Virus record (IMG/VR): IMGVR_UViG_3300037461_001664
Location: 1-42,855 of that record
DNA length: 42,855 nucleotides
Origin: a virus
Lineage: Duplodnaviria; Caudoviricetes
Reading direction: 5' to 3' (one strand)
Position numbers and translations under genes: made by a program. Shown piece by piece: positions 1-9,341 of this stretch (its first letter is position 1; each line of letters starts with the position of its first letter). The notes under the pieces are model-generated. The model was not told where the DNA came from and made no database searches. It saw nothing but the letters and a program-made list of their open reading frames with translations.

Positions 1-127
1 AAGCTGATAAAGGACGAGAATCCGGTAAGGATCTCCGGACTCGTGTTTAATCCGATCACAGAGCAGACGGTGAATAAGTATATGAAGGTCCTGGCAAAAA
101 AGAAAAGCATTAAAAAGAACATCACCA
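1..127. repeat. Terminal overlap identical to 42729-42855 (circular contig)
   Basis: Exact 127-bp identity of both ends; the integrase frame continues through the join. Confidence 0.97.
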
Positions 128-303
128 CCCATGTGGCCAGACATACTTTTGCCACTGAATTTCTCAAGCATAACCCAGGGGATATCGCCACCCTGCAGAA
201 GCTCATGGGACATTCCAAGATTGAGCAGACCATGATCTATGTCCATATTGACCTGGCCACAAAGATCAGCAGGATGAAAGCTTTTGATTCTTATATCAGA
301 TAG
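1..303 (+). CDS. int: Tyrosine integrase, C-terminal part (continues from 41862 across the join; 389 aa total)
   Basis: HVARHTFAT (HxxR), LMGHS and MIY catalytic motifs; in frame with ATG 41862 through the overlap. Confidence 0.95.
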   Translation, partial: KLIKDENPVRISGLVFNPITEQTVNKYMKVLAKKKSIKKNITTHVARHTFATEFLKHNPGDIATLQKLMGHSKIEQTMIYVHIDLATKISRMKAFDSYIR

Positions 304-2392
304 TGATCAGGGTAAGTTTGGCTGGCTGAATCTCCCGTTCAGAGATGCTCACCTCCAGCTCCTTGATCAGGTAATCAATACCACGGATCCGGTATTTCTT
401 AGAAAAGTCCATAGCGCGGATCTCTGCAGCTGACATATGCTTGTAATAGATTACCGTCCTGGCTGTTTCCATCTTATCCATAAAGTCCTTCCAGAATGTT
501 TCATACAATCCATTATCTCCATCCCATTTAAGATCATAACTTCCGACTAAATTACCTTGGGTGTCATAGTGCACCGGTGAGGCCAGGGGATAATCATTAT
601 TATTTTCATCCGGCTGCAGACCACGGTAAAAGAGCAGATGCAATCCGAAGTCATTCTTTCCTGTTGCGAATCCAAGGCTGGTTCCTGCCTGGCTTATAGC
701 CGGTATAACCGCCATGATTGAATCATCGCGTTGCATGGTCAGTGGGGCTGCTTCTGTAGAGATGTTCTGATCTCCATCACCAATGGTCAACGAAAGAAAA
801 TCATCAGTGAGCTTTGCCCAACCTGGAAGATTGTTTTCATCAACGGTAAAAATGTATATCGCGTTAAGGTTTTTCACACGTGCTATCTTATTCTGCTCTG
901 AACTCACAGGAAGATCTCCCAGGGTATCATATTCACCCAGCAGAGTATAACCAGAGTAATCCTTAAAATTATCATCAGTCAGCTCATCGGTATCAGACCA
1001 GGTAAATTCCATCTTATACCCGGCTTCCTGGTTAGTCTCTATATCTGGTTCGTCCAGGATGTTATCAGAGAAATCTATATAGAACGGGGATGTAATGATA
1101 TCCTTTACCAGTGCCAGCTTCGCTTCATTTGTAATATTGTCGACGAACAGAGCTGCACAAAACAGTTTCTTGACTGCATCCAACAGGACGCTGACTTCGA
1201 CCACCGGCACATGATTGACCGGGCTGATGGTTTTTGCCAGCTGATTAAGATTATTCTTCGATACATGGGTAACAATCAGCTCTCCCTCAGTCACCCGGTA
1301 CGTGTCGGATCCTTCTCCATCATTAAGGTTATATTTCAGGGATTTACCAACATCAGCATCTTCAGCAAAGAATGTATAGCTATGCTCCGAAAGGTCACCA
1401 GGCTGGATTTCAATCATGTCGATCACATCGCTATCCAGCATGATCCTTCCCTGGATCACATGAAGCGTATCTTCCACCAGGATCCCTGCATAAATATGAT
1501 GGTATCCCTTGTTAGATACTGTATAAATCCCGGTTGCGATAGCATAGATTGCATCCTCATCCTCATTTGGATCCGTATAATCATTATCGAAGATCACGGT
1601 TCCCTGGTCAATGATCGTTTGAGGATTGGTTCTTGAAGCCCTCACATAATATTTTTTCTCCTTCCGGTCCAATGCATAGTTATTATAAATGACTATACTG
1701 GCCAGTTCCGTATCCTGAAATAAATCACCAGTAGGATTAAGATTGAAATGCCGGATTATCTTTTCCAGGATAAATGTTAGGTAAAACATGGGGATCAGGG
1801 TCAGGCGATTATCCTTTTCCGGATCCTCCTTGATCTCATTTGCAATATAAGCGCCACCAGCTGCATCGAAAAGATTGATGATCCCTTCATAATCCGGATT
1901 CAATTCATTTTCTTCACCATAGAATATTGGATTATAAAGTGAAGGAAACTGACAGCTTACATCAGGATAAGTCTGGCCAGCAATGGCCAGTACTTCAGTA
2001 AGGATCTCCTCCTGATCATCACCGAGGTCTATATTGGATCCATAGTCTATCTCAGTCATCAGGATCCCCTTGATCATATCATTAAAATTTCCATTATCAG
2101 TAGTGAGATATCCTTCGATAGAATTCTTTGATGTCTTACGGACCGTTATCTGATCATCAATGAATGTAATCCCATCAAAGCTTATGCTGATATCATAAGT
2201 ATTTTCCCGGGTGGAATAGCGTTGCAACCGATCTGGAAAACCGAAGACCTTATTATTACGGGCCGTATTGGGAAAAGTAAAAGTATAAGAATAGCTTCCT
2301 TCATCTGGATAGAAGATCGGTGATTTCTTTATCCAGGTAAAAGAGATGCCGGAGGTGTCGACGAGCTGGGTATTAATTTTTACGCGGAGCAT
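296..2392 (-). CDS. Tail tip/baseplate hub-like protein with C1q-like insertion (698 aa)
   Basis: N-terminal SPIF..GSYSYTFTFPNTARN and C-terminal LKWDGDNGLYETFWK..DFSKKYRIRG resemble Bacteroidota phage tail proteins; last late gene, TAATG-coupled to the upstream ORF. Confidence 0.65.
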   Translation of the reverse strand: MLRVKINTQLVDTSGISFTWIKKSPIFYPDEGSYSYTFTFPNTARNNKVFGFPDRLQRYSTRENTYDISISFDGITFIDDQITVRKTSKNSIEGYLTTDNGNFNDMIKGILMTEIDYGSNIDLGDDQEEILTEVLAIAGQTYPDVSCQFPSLYNPIFYGEENELNPDYEGIINLFDAAGGAYIANEIKEDPEKDNRLTLIPMFYLTFILEKIIRHFNLNPTGDLFQDTELASIVIYNNYALDRKEKKYYVRASRTNPQTIIDQGTVIFDNDYTDPNEDEDAIYAIATGIYTVSNKGYHHIYAGILVEDTLHVIQGRIMLDSDVIDMIEIQPGDLSEHSYTFFAEDADVGKSLKYNLNDGEGSDTYRVTEGELIVTHVSKNNLNQLAKTISPVNHVPVVEVSVLLDAVKKLFCAALFVDNITNEAKLALVKDIITSPFYIDFSDNILDEPDIETNQEAGYKMEFTWSDTDELTDDNFKDYSGYTLLGEYDTLGDLPVSSEQNKIARVKNLNAIYIFTVDENNLPGWAKLTDDFLSLTIGDGDQNISTEAAPLTMQRDDSIMAVIPAISQAGTSLGFATGKNDFGLHLLFYRGLQPDENNNDYPLASPVHYDTQGNLVGSYDLKWDGDNGLYETFWKDFMDKMETARTVIYYKHMSAAEIRAMDFSKKYRIRGIDYLIKELEVSISEREIQPAKLTLITI

Positions 2393-5300
2393 TAATTATT
2401 CACCCTCCCAAGTTCTATATAATCATTGTCTGCCTGAACGAACAATATCAGCACATCATCCAATCCCCCTACCCATTGAGCAGATAAATTGAAATTTCCG
2501 CTATCCCCTATCGTTACTGTGTATGTGTCGGAATTCCCGATGATGTAATAGATTGCTCCAACATCAGGATTATCAAGGTCGGTTATCGTGACTGCGTTTG
2601 CACTTCCTGCATATGTCCAGACATTTGATGCTGATACATCAGGAGTAGCATCATTGTCCGCTATCGTCTTATCTGTCCTCTCTACCTTCGTTCCGTTAAT
2701 ACGTACAATGTCATTATCGAATTCACCATAGATTAATGGTGTTGCTGAATTCGATGATTCGATATACAATTTACGATTTCCAGTTTCAGAATATCCTGCT
2801 GAATCGCCAATACAAATATTATTAGACCCTGCATAATTTGAATATCCAGTAAATGCACCAATGTATGTATTACTGTGTCCGGTTGAATCATTATATGCAG
2901 ACCTGTAACCCATAAATACATTATCCGAACCACTTCTTAAATAATAACCTGATTCGCCACCAACAATTACATTCCCTGTTCCTGTATTTCGTGACATTTT
3001 ATTTAAGTCACCCTGCCCTGCTTCCTTTCCGATAATAACATTTAAATGACCTCCATATTTATATCTCCCTGAACTTTTTCCTATCATTACATTTTCCATG
3101 CCTCTATTAGGATAACCACTATAACTTCCAACGAATGTATTAGATGTTCCAGCATAAGATGCACTCCCAGACTCATGTCCTAAATATGTGTTTTCATTAC
3201 CCGATGAAGTTGAACCTGAAAAAGAACCTACAAACGTATTCTGATATTCTGTTGAGTATTTTCCACTTTCATTCCCGACATAAACATTATCAAAATTCGT
3301 ATTTGTCATTCTCCCTGCTTCACTTCCAATGAACACATTTCTTGTTCCTGTTGTTGTAGTATCACCTGCTTTATACCCAATTATTACATTATTAGTTCCT
3401 GTTAATGATGCAAGACTTCCGACTTCGCCTCCGATTAATACCGAATAATCTGGATTCGATGTATTATCAGAAATATTAACAGTTTTAGATACATTATCAT
3501 AATATGACAATGTATCTGGAACTACCACAGTCGTCATTACTGTACCATCATCGAACTTTATTCCTTTCTCAAAGATAGTTGTGTCGTTCATGGTAATATA
3601 TCCTTCTGTCTGCAATATCGGTGGGATATAGAAACCAAAATAGTTCGCAAGGTTTTCTTCATCTATCCCAAGAGTTGTTTCTCCAGTAACAATGCATAAC
3701 CTTATATTATCTGAACCCTCACACCCTTCTACATACTCATCATAACGTAATGTTATTGTTGGAGGTTCAGCACTTTCACCCATATTTGCATTGGTTATAT
3801 GAATAGTATCATCACCATATAGATAAATCTCTTCAAACCAATAATATCCACCCTCTTCTAATGCTCCACACAATTCAGGTTGATAGTCACATATATAGAA
3901 GTAGAAATCATATCCTTCTTCATCTCCATAGTCGGTTAAATCAAATCCTCCTGTATAAAGAAATTCTGGACAGAGTTCGGTCGTGTCCTTGATGGCAGAA
4001 ATTTCGGTGACTGTTATGTGTGGCATCTCTACCGCATCATACCCTGCTTCTGTCGTGTCGCATTCTACGCATCCATCAGGAACGTAAAAACTTAATACAT
4101 GTTCTCCCTCTGAAAGCAGACCACCATTTATTTCAATAGAGAATGATGTATCACAAACATCATAATTATCTGTTGTATCATTCCGTCCATAAATCATTGT
4201 TTCTGTCAGATAATAAGTTGTATCAAAATCAGTTGATATATAAATCTCAGGGAATCCTATTGGATCTCCAGAAAACCAATCTGCACAGAATCGGGTAAAA
4301 TCCAGTAATGTATCACAAAACAATATGTATGTACTCTCACTCAAGAGTACTGTATCCGAAGGAATAGTCCATGTAATTCCAAAACAATTAACTTCTGGAA
4401 CTGGAAGAATGATAGAGTCTGCATCAAATTCAGTTTCCAATGAGATAAGGGTAGCAGAATCCTGTGTCCACCATGAGTCTATATCACTCAAAGCAGCATA
4501 CTCAAGGGCAATATTGGCAGTATCGCCTTGTACTATAGATTCATATGTCATTATATATCCCTCAATGTCATCGTAAATATATATGTACGGGTAATCCCAA
4601 TATGATAAACCATTAGACCCATCAAAGTATTCCAAACATGGCTGGGTCATATCCTCAGAGAGCAGATAGTACATCCCTTCACCAACATCAATAACCGTAT
4701 CTGCTATTGCATAGGCATGTCTTACGCATTCTGTTTCGATGAGTGTCGTATCGCAGTCAATCGTTTGTGCATGATAATCACTTTTGATTTCTTTCGCTTT
4801 GATGTACGGAATCTCTGCCCAACCACTTTCCCCCACTCCAGTTGACATAAAGGTATTATCCCCAAATAATATCCCGGTTGTTGCATGAATTGTATCTAAT
4901 ACTGAGACTTCCCCGGTAATTGAGAGATCATTGAGGATGGATGATATCGTACCTGTCCAGGCAGTATTCTGTTCTGTTTCATCACCGAAAGTAATGGTAT
5001 TCACCCCTGCAATGTATGGAATGATAGTGGGTGTAGCTTCAAGCGCCGGCACCAAAAACCCGAAGTAGTCCAGGTCCTCGTTAAAATCCCCATCAGATAC
5101 ATAAAGAACAAAGCAGGTTTCTGATTCACAATCGATATAGACTCCTTCTCCGTAATCATTACCAGTGATTGTAGCATCATTCACGGTAAGATGGATAGTA
5201 TCGGTAAGACCATACACATAGATTTCAGGGAGGATTACCGAGTACTCATTCTCCGGATCAATGTATTCTTCACAGAATTGTTCAATCAAAGCCGTGTCAC

Positions 5301-6111
5301 AGATCACAAAAGCATAGGTCGCTCCGAAGTCATCATAGAGCACGGTATCAAATCCGGCTTCATAAAGGAAGCTGTCACATAAGGTGACCGACCCTCCGAT
5401 AATATTCCCATCAAGAGTGATATCCCCTGAGATCTCGATGCCGGTACCGCTAAATGAAATCAGTGTAGAATCATCCGTACCGATATCGAAAGGGGAGTGC
5501 CCTCCATAGTGTGAAAACTTTGCACTGTCTCCTGAAATATCAGCTCCGGTAACGGTGATGTCTCCGGAAGCATCGATTGTGGTGATCCCCGACAGGGCAC
5601 CGGCTGTGAGTGTTCCTACCCCATCAGTAAGAGTATCTGCTTCCACCTTCACCGATTCAATGGTGTTGGTGCCGGTGATACTCCCTCCTGCAATGCTGGT
5701 GGTCCCGTCTGTTATGGTTCCGGAGAATGTCCCATCAGCAGCGGTGAAGGATTCAAAAATAGCCGTGGAGTCTATTCTGACATGGTAATTAGTACTTATA
5801 GTATCACCTGACAGGTCCCAGTAATACTCCACCACTATTGCACTGAGCAACCAGGATGAAAGCTCAGTGTAAAGGCTGTCAATAGTGGAGTAGGATGGAC
5901 TGTCAATTGTTTCCCAATGCCATTTATAGGCATGGCCCTGGGAGGAAAGGATGATGTTAGGTGGATAGCTGAAGATTGACATCCCTGCTTTTTCGAAAGA
6001 GAATCGCTGACCTTCACCTGATATAGTTATTGATGTACCTGCATCAGTAAAGGTGTATTGCCCAAGTGCCATGATGGGCAATAAGCATAAAATCAGAATC
6101 AGTTTTTTCAT
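2392..6111 (-). CDS. Fibre/adhesin-like protein with signal peptide (1239 aa)
   Basis: MKKLILILCLLPIMALG|Q leader; IxFxDxT motifs; many NxxIGxxAG repeats; acidic Cys-containing modules; lies in the tail operon. Confidence 0.7.
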   Translation of the reverse strand: MKKLILILCLLPIMALGQYTFTDAGTSITISGEGQRFSFEKAGMSIFSYPPNIILSSQGHAYKWHWETIDSPSYSTIDSLYTELSSWLLSAIVVEYYWDLSGDTISTNYHVRIDSTAIFESFTAADGTFSGTITDGTTSIAGGSITGTNTIESVKVEADTLTDGVGTLTAGALSGITTIDASGDITVTGADISGDSAKFSHYGGHSPFDIGTDDSTLISFSGTGIEISGDITLDGNIIGGSVTLCDSFLYEAGFDTVLYDDFGATYAFVICDTALIEQFCEEYIDPENEYSVILPEIYVYGLTDTIHLTVNDATITGNDYGEGVYIDCESETCFVLYVSDGDFNEDLDYFGFLVPALEATPTIIPYIAGVNTITFGDETEQNTAWTGTISSILNDLSITGEVSVLDTIHATTGILFGDNTFMSTGVGESGWAEIPYIKAKEIKSDYHAQTIDCDTTLIETECVRHAYAIADTVIDVGEGMYYLLSEDMTQPCLEYFDGSNGLSYWDYPYIYIYDDIEGYIMTYESIVQGDTANIALEYAALSDIDSWWTQDSATLISLETEFDADSIILPVPEVNCFGITWTIPSDTVLLSESTYILFCDTLLDFTRFCADWFSGDPIGFPEIYISTDFDTTYYLTETMIYGRNDTTDNYDVCDTSFSIEINGGLLSEGEHVLSFYVPDGCVECDTTEAGYDAVEMPHITVTEISAIKDTTELCPEFLYTGGFDLTDYGDEEGYDFYFYICDYQPELCGALEEGGYYWFEEIYLYGDDTIHITNANMGESAEPPTITLRYDEYVEGCEGSDNIRLCIVTGETTLGIDEENLANYFGFYIPPILQTEGYITMNDTTIFEKGIKFDDGTVMTTVVVPDTLSYYDNVSKTVNISDNTSNPDYSVLIGGEVGSLASLTGTNNVIIGYKAGDTTTTGTRNVFIGSEAGRMTNTNFDNVYVGNESGKYSTEYQNTFVGSFSGSTSSGNENTYLGHESGSASYAGTSNTFVGSYSGYPNRGMENVMIGKSSGRYKYGGHLNVIIGKEAGQGDLNKMSRNTGTGNVIVGGESGYYLRSGSDNVFMGYRSAYNDSTGHSNTYIGAFTGYSNYAGSNNICIGDSAGYSETGNRKLYIESSNSATPLIYGEFDNDIVRINGTKVERTDKTIADNDATPDVSASNVWTYAGSANAVTITDLDNPDVGAIYYIIGNSDTYTVTIGDSGNFNLSAQWVGGLDDVLILFVQADNDYIELGRVNN

Positions 6112-6126
6112 GGTATTCAGTATTGA

Positions 6127-8985
6127 TTATTTATTTTTCTTTTCAAGTGCCTGTATCCTTTTTTCATGGTCTTTCAGTACTTCAATAAGGTAGATGCATA
6201 CCTGTCTGTATTTGATCCCCATCACGGCATTGCTGCTGTCATCATAGATCACCAGGTCTTTCAGTCCCATCTGGTCAAACTCTTCAGCTATATATCCCAT
6301 CTCCCAGCGTTCTGTAGTAACATCTTCGTATTGCTTTGGCTCTACCTCGAGGATCTTAGACCAGTAATTATTTGACTTATTATAAGACCGTATGTTTTTC
6401 TTATACCTATCCGATGATGTGGAATAGTAGATCACCCCGTTCGCAGAGTTATACATCATATCTGAATAAGAAGAAGCCGTTCCGTCCAATCCCTGGATAT
6501 CAAGGGTGCCATCCGGGGTTAGGTCATTTAATGATAACCTCCCATCCTCATCCAGCTTCAGGTAATAAGATGCTGATGAAGATTCATCCTGTGACTCTAT
6601 TATTATTTCAGATCCCAATGCTGATCCAATCTCAGCATTGGCATAGATTCCTCCTACGTTACTATATCCCGAGCTTTTGACATAGAATAATAATCCTCCG
6701 ATTTTATCACCGTCAACAGTATTGCTTGGTGACATAGTACTTCCACGGGTATGGCAGAAGTAAACAGAAGGAGCATCATAGTCTATGCTGTTATGACTGA
6801 ATAACCAGAGTGCCGGATTAGACTCCTCAAAGAAATATCTTGAGTACAGATTCTGTATGTCAATAAGATATCCGGGAGCATAAGTGTTAATCCCAATGAA
6901 TCCATCTTTATCAAAGGTTATGAAGGCATCATCAGTTGCCTCATCACCAAGACCAATTGTTAATTTATCATCATCCGAGTTATCAGCACTCATCACCCAT
7001 TGGGATCCACCGGTAATAAGCCAGCTGAGGTTGGCATCACCGGCACCGTCCTGTTCAATGATCATTGTCGGGGTGGTGATACTATTATCCACATAGATAT
7101 CTACCTTAGCATCAGGAGTGTCATCACCAATACCCAGTTCATCCCCGGCATTATCCAGATAGGTCTCGGTACCAGCCCGGGCCCAGTAGTTCGTATATCC
7201 CTGGGATAAAACCCAGTATCTGGTAGCATCCGTGGATGCAGTATCAGTATACGGCTGATAGGTAGAATGAGAATGAGCTGAAACCAGATCATGAGGATAC
7301 ATATAGACCAGTTTATCTGTGGATGTCAATGTCAGTATTGCTGTATCTGCAGCTGTAGCAGTGGTCAGTCCTGATATGAATATATTACCCACTTCAGTAC
7401 TTGATTGCAGCTTCCCAAGATAGACCGCTCCGTTGACATCCGTACTACCTCCAGCGATATAAACATCCCCACCGGTGGGCAACATACCACCTCCGGATGC
7501 CCCACCATAAAGAATAAGATCCCCGCCTTTACTCCCATTACTGGAAGCCCCGGCCTGAATGAAGATATCCTTACCAATCCCTGCAGTAGGGATGGCCATC
7601 AGCCCATTGTTATCTATAAGAAATTGTATATTACCACTTATATTGATCCGCTCGGTAAGTGTGTTGGAGCCAAAAACCACATTCCCGTCAAACCATGAAT
7701 TCCCATTGATATTAAAGGATCCATAACTCGAAGATGTTCCCACACGGATAGTATCGGAATAAAGATCACCAGTGATATCCAGTTCATAATCCGGAGTATT
7801 ATCCTTGATCCCTACATAGCCACTGGGATAATAATAATCGGATCCGGTCACGGTCCAGAGACCGTTAACCTGGTGAGTATGGGTGGTGCCTGATGATGAG
7901 TTTGTGGTCGATGAGGTCAAAGTTGAAGGAGTCCCAAGTGTGATTGTCCCGGTTGATGTGATGGGATTGGAGGAGAAGGACATACCATTACCCTGGCTTA
8001 TTGAGGTGACCGTACCGGCACCATATCCCTGGGATAACACCCAGTATCTGGTAGCATCTGTGGATGCAGTATCAGTATACGGCTGATAGGTGGAATGAGA
8101 ATGAGTATAGGCTGCAAAGTCATCTGAAAGATCATTGCTTGCAACCACATTGCCGTTGCGGACCAGTGCAATCTTACTGGTATTTACTCCCAGACCTGTC
8201 AGTGTAGTAGTACCGGCAATGGTTACATCATCATCAAAGTAAGTGCTGTCATAGAATTTTGTTAATCCCATTACTTTCATTGTGTCAGCATGTATGTAAA
8301 TGCCCCTGGATGCAAAAGTGTTAGAGTTGAAAAAACCGAAAAATATTACTGTATCCAACCCAAATGAGGTTTCATCTACCACACCCAGGTAAAGATATCC
8401 TTCATTATATGGTACCTTAAGTCCTATTCCTTTTGCATTTAGGCCATAAGAGGGTATGCTTATATAATCATCAGCTGCAACAAATCCAAATCCATCATAG
8501 TTCATATTCCAGTCCGTTCCGACAGTAAGCCCTGCCAGGGCTGTACTGGATCCGATAATAACAGAATCAGTGATGTCCTTCTCCAGGATCCAGTTGCCTG
8601 TCTTTCTCCAGGGGATGGAGTCTCCCCAGTTAGCAAGGGGATAGTATCTGAAGAATACTGAGTCATTCTTAATTACCAGGACCGTGTCAGATGAACTTTC
8701 AGTAAGTCCTGTCAGCATCAGGTTCTGACCAATCAAAGTATCGGCTCTGGCATTACCGATTATGTCAAGGGCTTCCCCGGGGCTGCAGGTATTGATACCA
8801 ACACTGCCAGTCACACAGGTAGATTTAAGGAACCGGACATAACTGTTCATAAAAACCGTATCCCTGATCAGGGGTGATAGTGACTCAATCGTATCAAATC
8901 CGGCCTTATAACCCACTATATCCTGGCCAGTAGTCATCAATGGGAAAAGCAATATTGAAAGTATGATATGTTTTATCCTGATCAT
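6127..8985 (-). CDS. Tail fibre-like protein with signal peptide and C-terminal S74-type intramolecular chaperone (952 aa)
   Basis: MIRIKHIILSILLFPLMTTG|Q leader; about five VGIxxxxPxxxLDI repeats; SSDRYKKNI..GYIAEE..IEVLKDHEKRIQALE C-terminus. Confidence 0.85.
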   Translation of the reverse strand: MIRIKHIILSILLFPLMTTGQDIVGYKAGFDTIESLSPLIRDTVFMNSYVRFLKSTCVTGSVGINTCSPGEALDIIGNARADTLIGQNLMLTGLTESSSDTVLVIKNDSVFFRYYPLANWGDSIPWRKTGNWILEKDITDSVIIGSSTALAGLTVGTDWNMNYDGFGFVAADDYISIPSYGLNAKGIGLKVPYNEGYLYLGVVDETSFGLDTVIFFGFFNSNTFASRGIYIHADTMKVMGLTKFYDSTYFDDDVTIAGTTTLTGLGVNTSKIALVRNGNVVASNDLSDDFAAYTHSHSTYQPYTDTASTDATRYWVLSQGYGAGTVTSISQGNGMSFSSNPITSTGTITLGTPSTLTSSTTNSSSGTTHTHQVNGLWTVTGSDYYYPSGYVGIKDNTPDYELDITGDLYSDTIRVGTSSSYGSFNINGNSWFDGNVVFGSNTLTERINISGNIQFLIDNNGLMAIPTAGIGKDIFIQAGASSNGSKGGDLILYGGASGGGMLPTGGDVYIAGGSTDVNGAVYLGKLQSSTEVGNIFISGLTTATAADTAILTLTSTDKLVYMYPHDLVSAHSHSTYQPYTDTASTDATRYWVLSQGYTNYWARAGTETYLDNAGDELGIGDDTPDAKVDIYVDNSITTPTMIIEQDGAGDANLSWLITGGSQWVMSADNSDDDKLTIGLGDEATDDAFITFDKDGFIGINTYAPGYLIDIQNLYSRYFFEESNPALWLFSHNSIDYDAPSVYFCHTRGSTMSPSNTVDGDKIGGLLFYVKSSGYSNVGGIYANAEIGSALGSEIIIESQDESSSASYYLKLDEDGRLSLNDLTPDGTLDIQGLDGTASSYSDMMYNSANGVIYYSTSSDRYKKNIRSYNKSNNYWSKILEVEPKQYEDVTTERWEMGYIAEEFDQMGLKDLVIYDDSSNAVMGIKYRQVCIYLIEVLKDHEKRIQALEKKNK
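7195..7277. repeat. 83-bp direct repeat, copy A
   Basis: Matches 8023-8105 with 3 mismatches; encodes HSHSTYQPYTDTASTDATRYWVLSQGY. Confidence 0.95.
8023..8105. repeat. 83-bp direct repeat, copy B
   Basis: Matches 7195-7277; 828 bp apart, same frame. Confidence 0.95.
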
Positions 8986-9341
8986 GTCGGTACAGCTACG
9001 TAAGAGTAATATCCATTTAATACCGGTTTCACTGTCAATCCAGTGGTTGTTATGTCATATTCCTGGTGCAGGATGATCTTATGTCCATCATACACCCTTC
9101 CGATAATGACAAAATTCATATCGTCAAACTCCTGGTCAAAGGACACCAACGTCCCTGCAGTCGTGCAATACACCTTTCCCCTTCGTATATCGGTGGATCC
9201 GGAGGAGATGACAGCTGCAATAGTATCCAGCAGATCCACCAGGAACACACGCAAATGCTCAGCGGTGATGTCTTCATCATAGTTCTCCAGGAAGTACTCC
9301 TGTACATACTCATGCAATTCTGTCCATGTCTTAACTGCCAT
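8982..9341 (-). CDS. Small tail protein, possible fibre adaptor (119 aa)
   Basis: Likely start MAVKTW at 9341; C-terminal VSFDQEF..DITTTGLTV..YSYVAV resembles small fibre beta-sandwich domains; ATGA-coupled to the 952-aa gene. Confidence 0.55.
   Translation of the reverse strand: MAVKTWTELHEYVQEYFLENYDEDITAEHLRVFLVDLLDTIAAVISSGSTDIRRGKVYCTTAGTLVSFDQEFDDMNFVIIGRVYDGHKIILHQEYDITTTGLTVKPVLNGYYSYVAVPT
9110..9144 (-). promoter_or_regulatory. Putative late promoter, internal, upstream of the fibre genes
   Basis: GTCCTTT-N20-GAATTTTG with the same 35-bp span as the other copies; lies inside a CDS. Confidence 0.5.

Noticed and set aside
1-127. Biological direct terminal repeat
   Set aside because: The length matches a common assembler k-mer size and it lies mid-integrase; best explained as assembly overlap
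43-303. Truncated 86-aa integrase pseudogene
   Set aside because: It is the in-frame end of a 389-aa ORF starting at 41862
7195-8105. DGR template/variable repeat pair
   Set aside because: No reverse transcriptase gene; the three mismatches are synonymous and not adenine-specific; both copies are mid-gene
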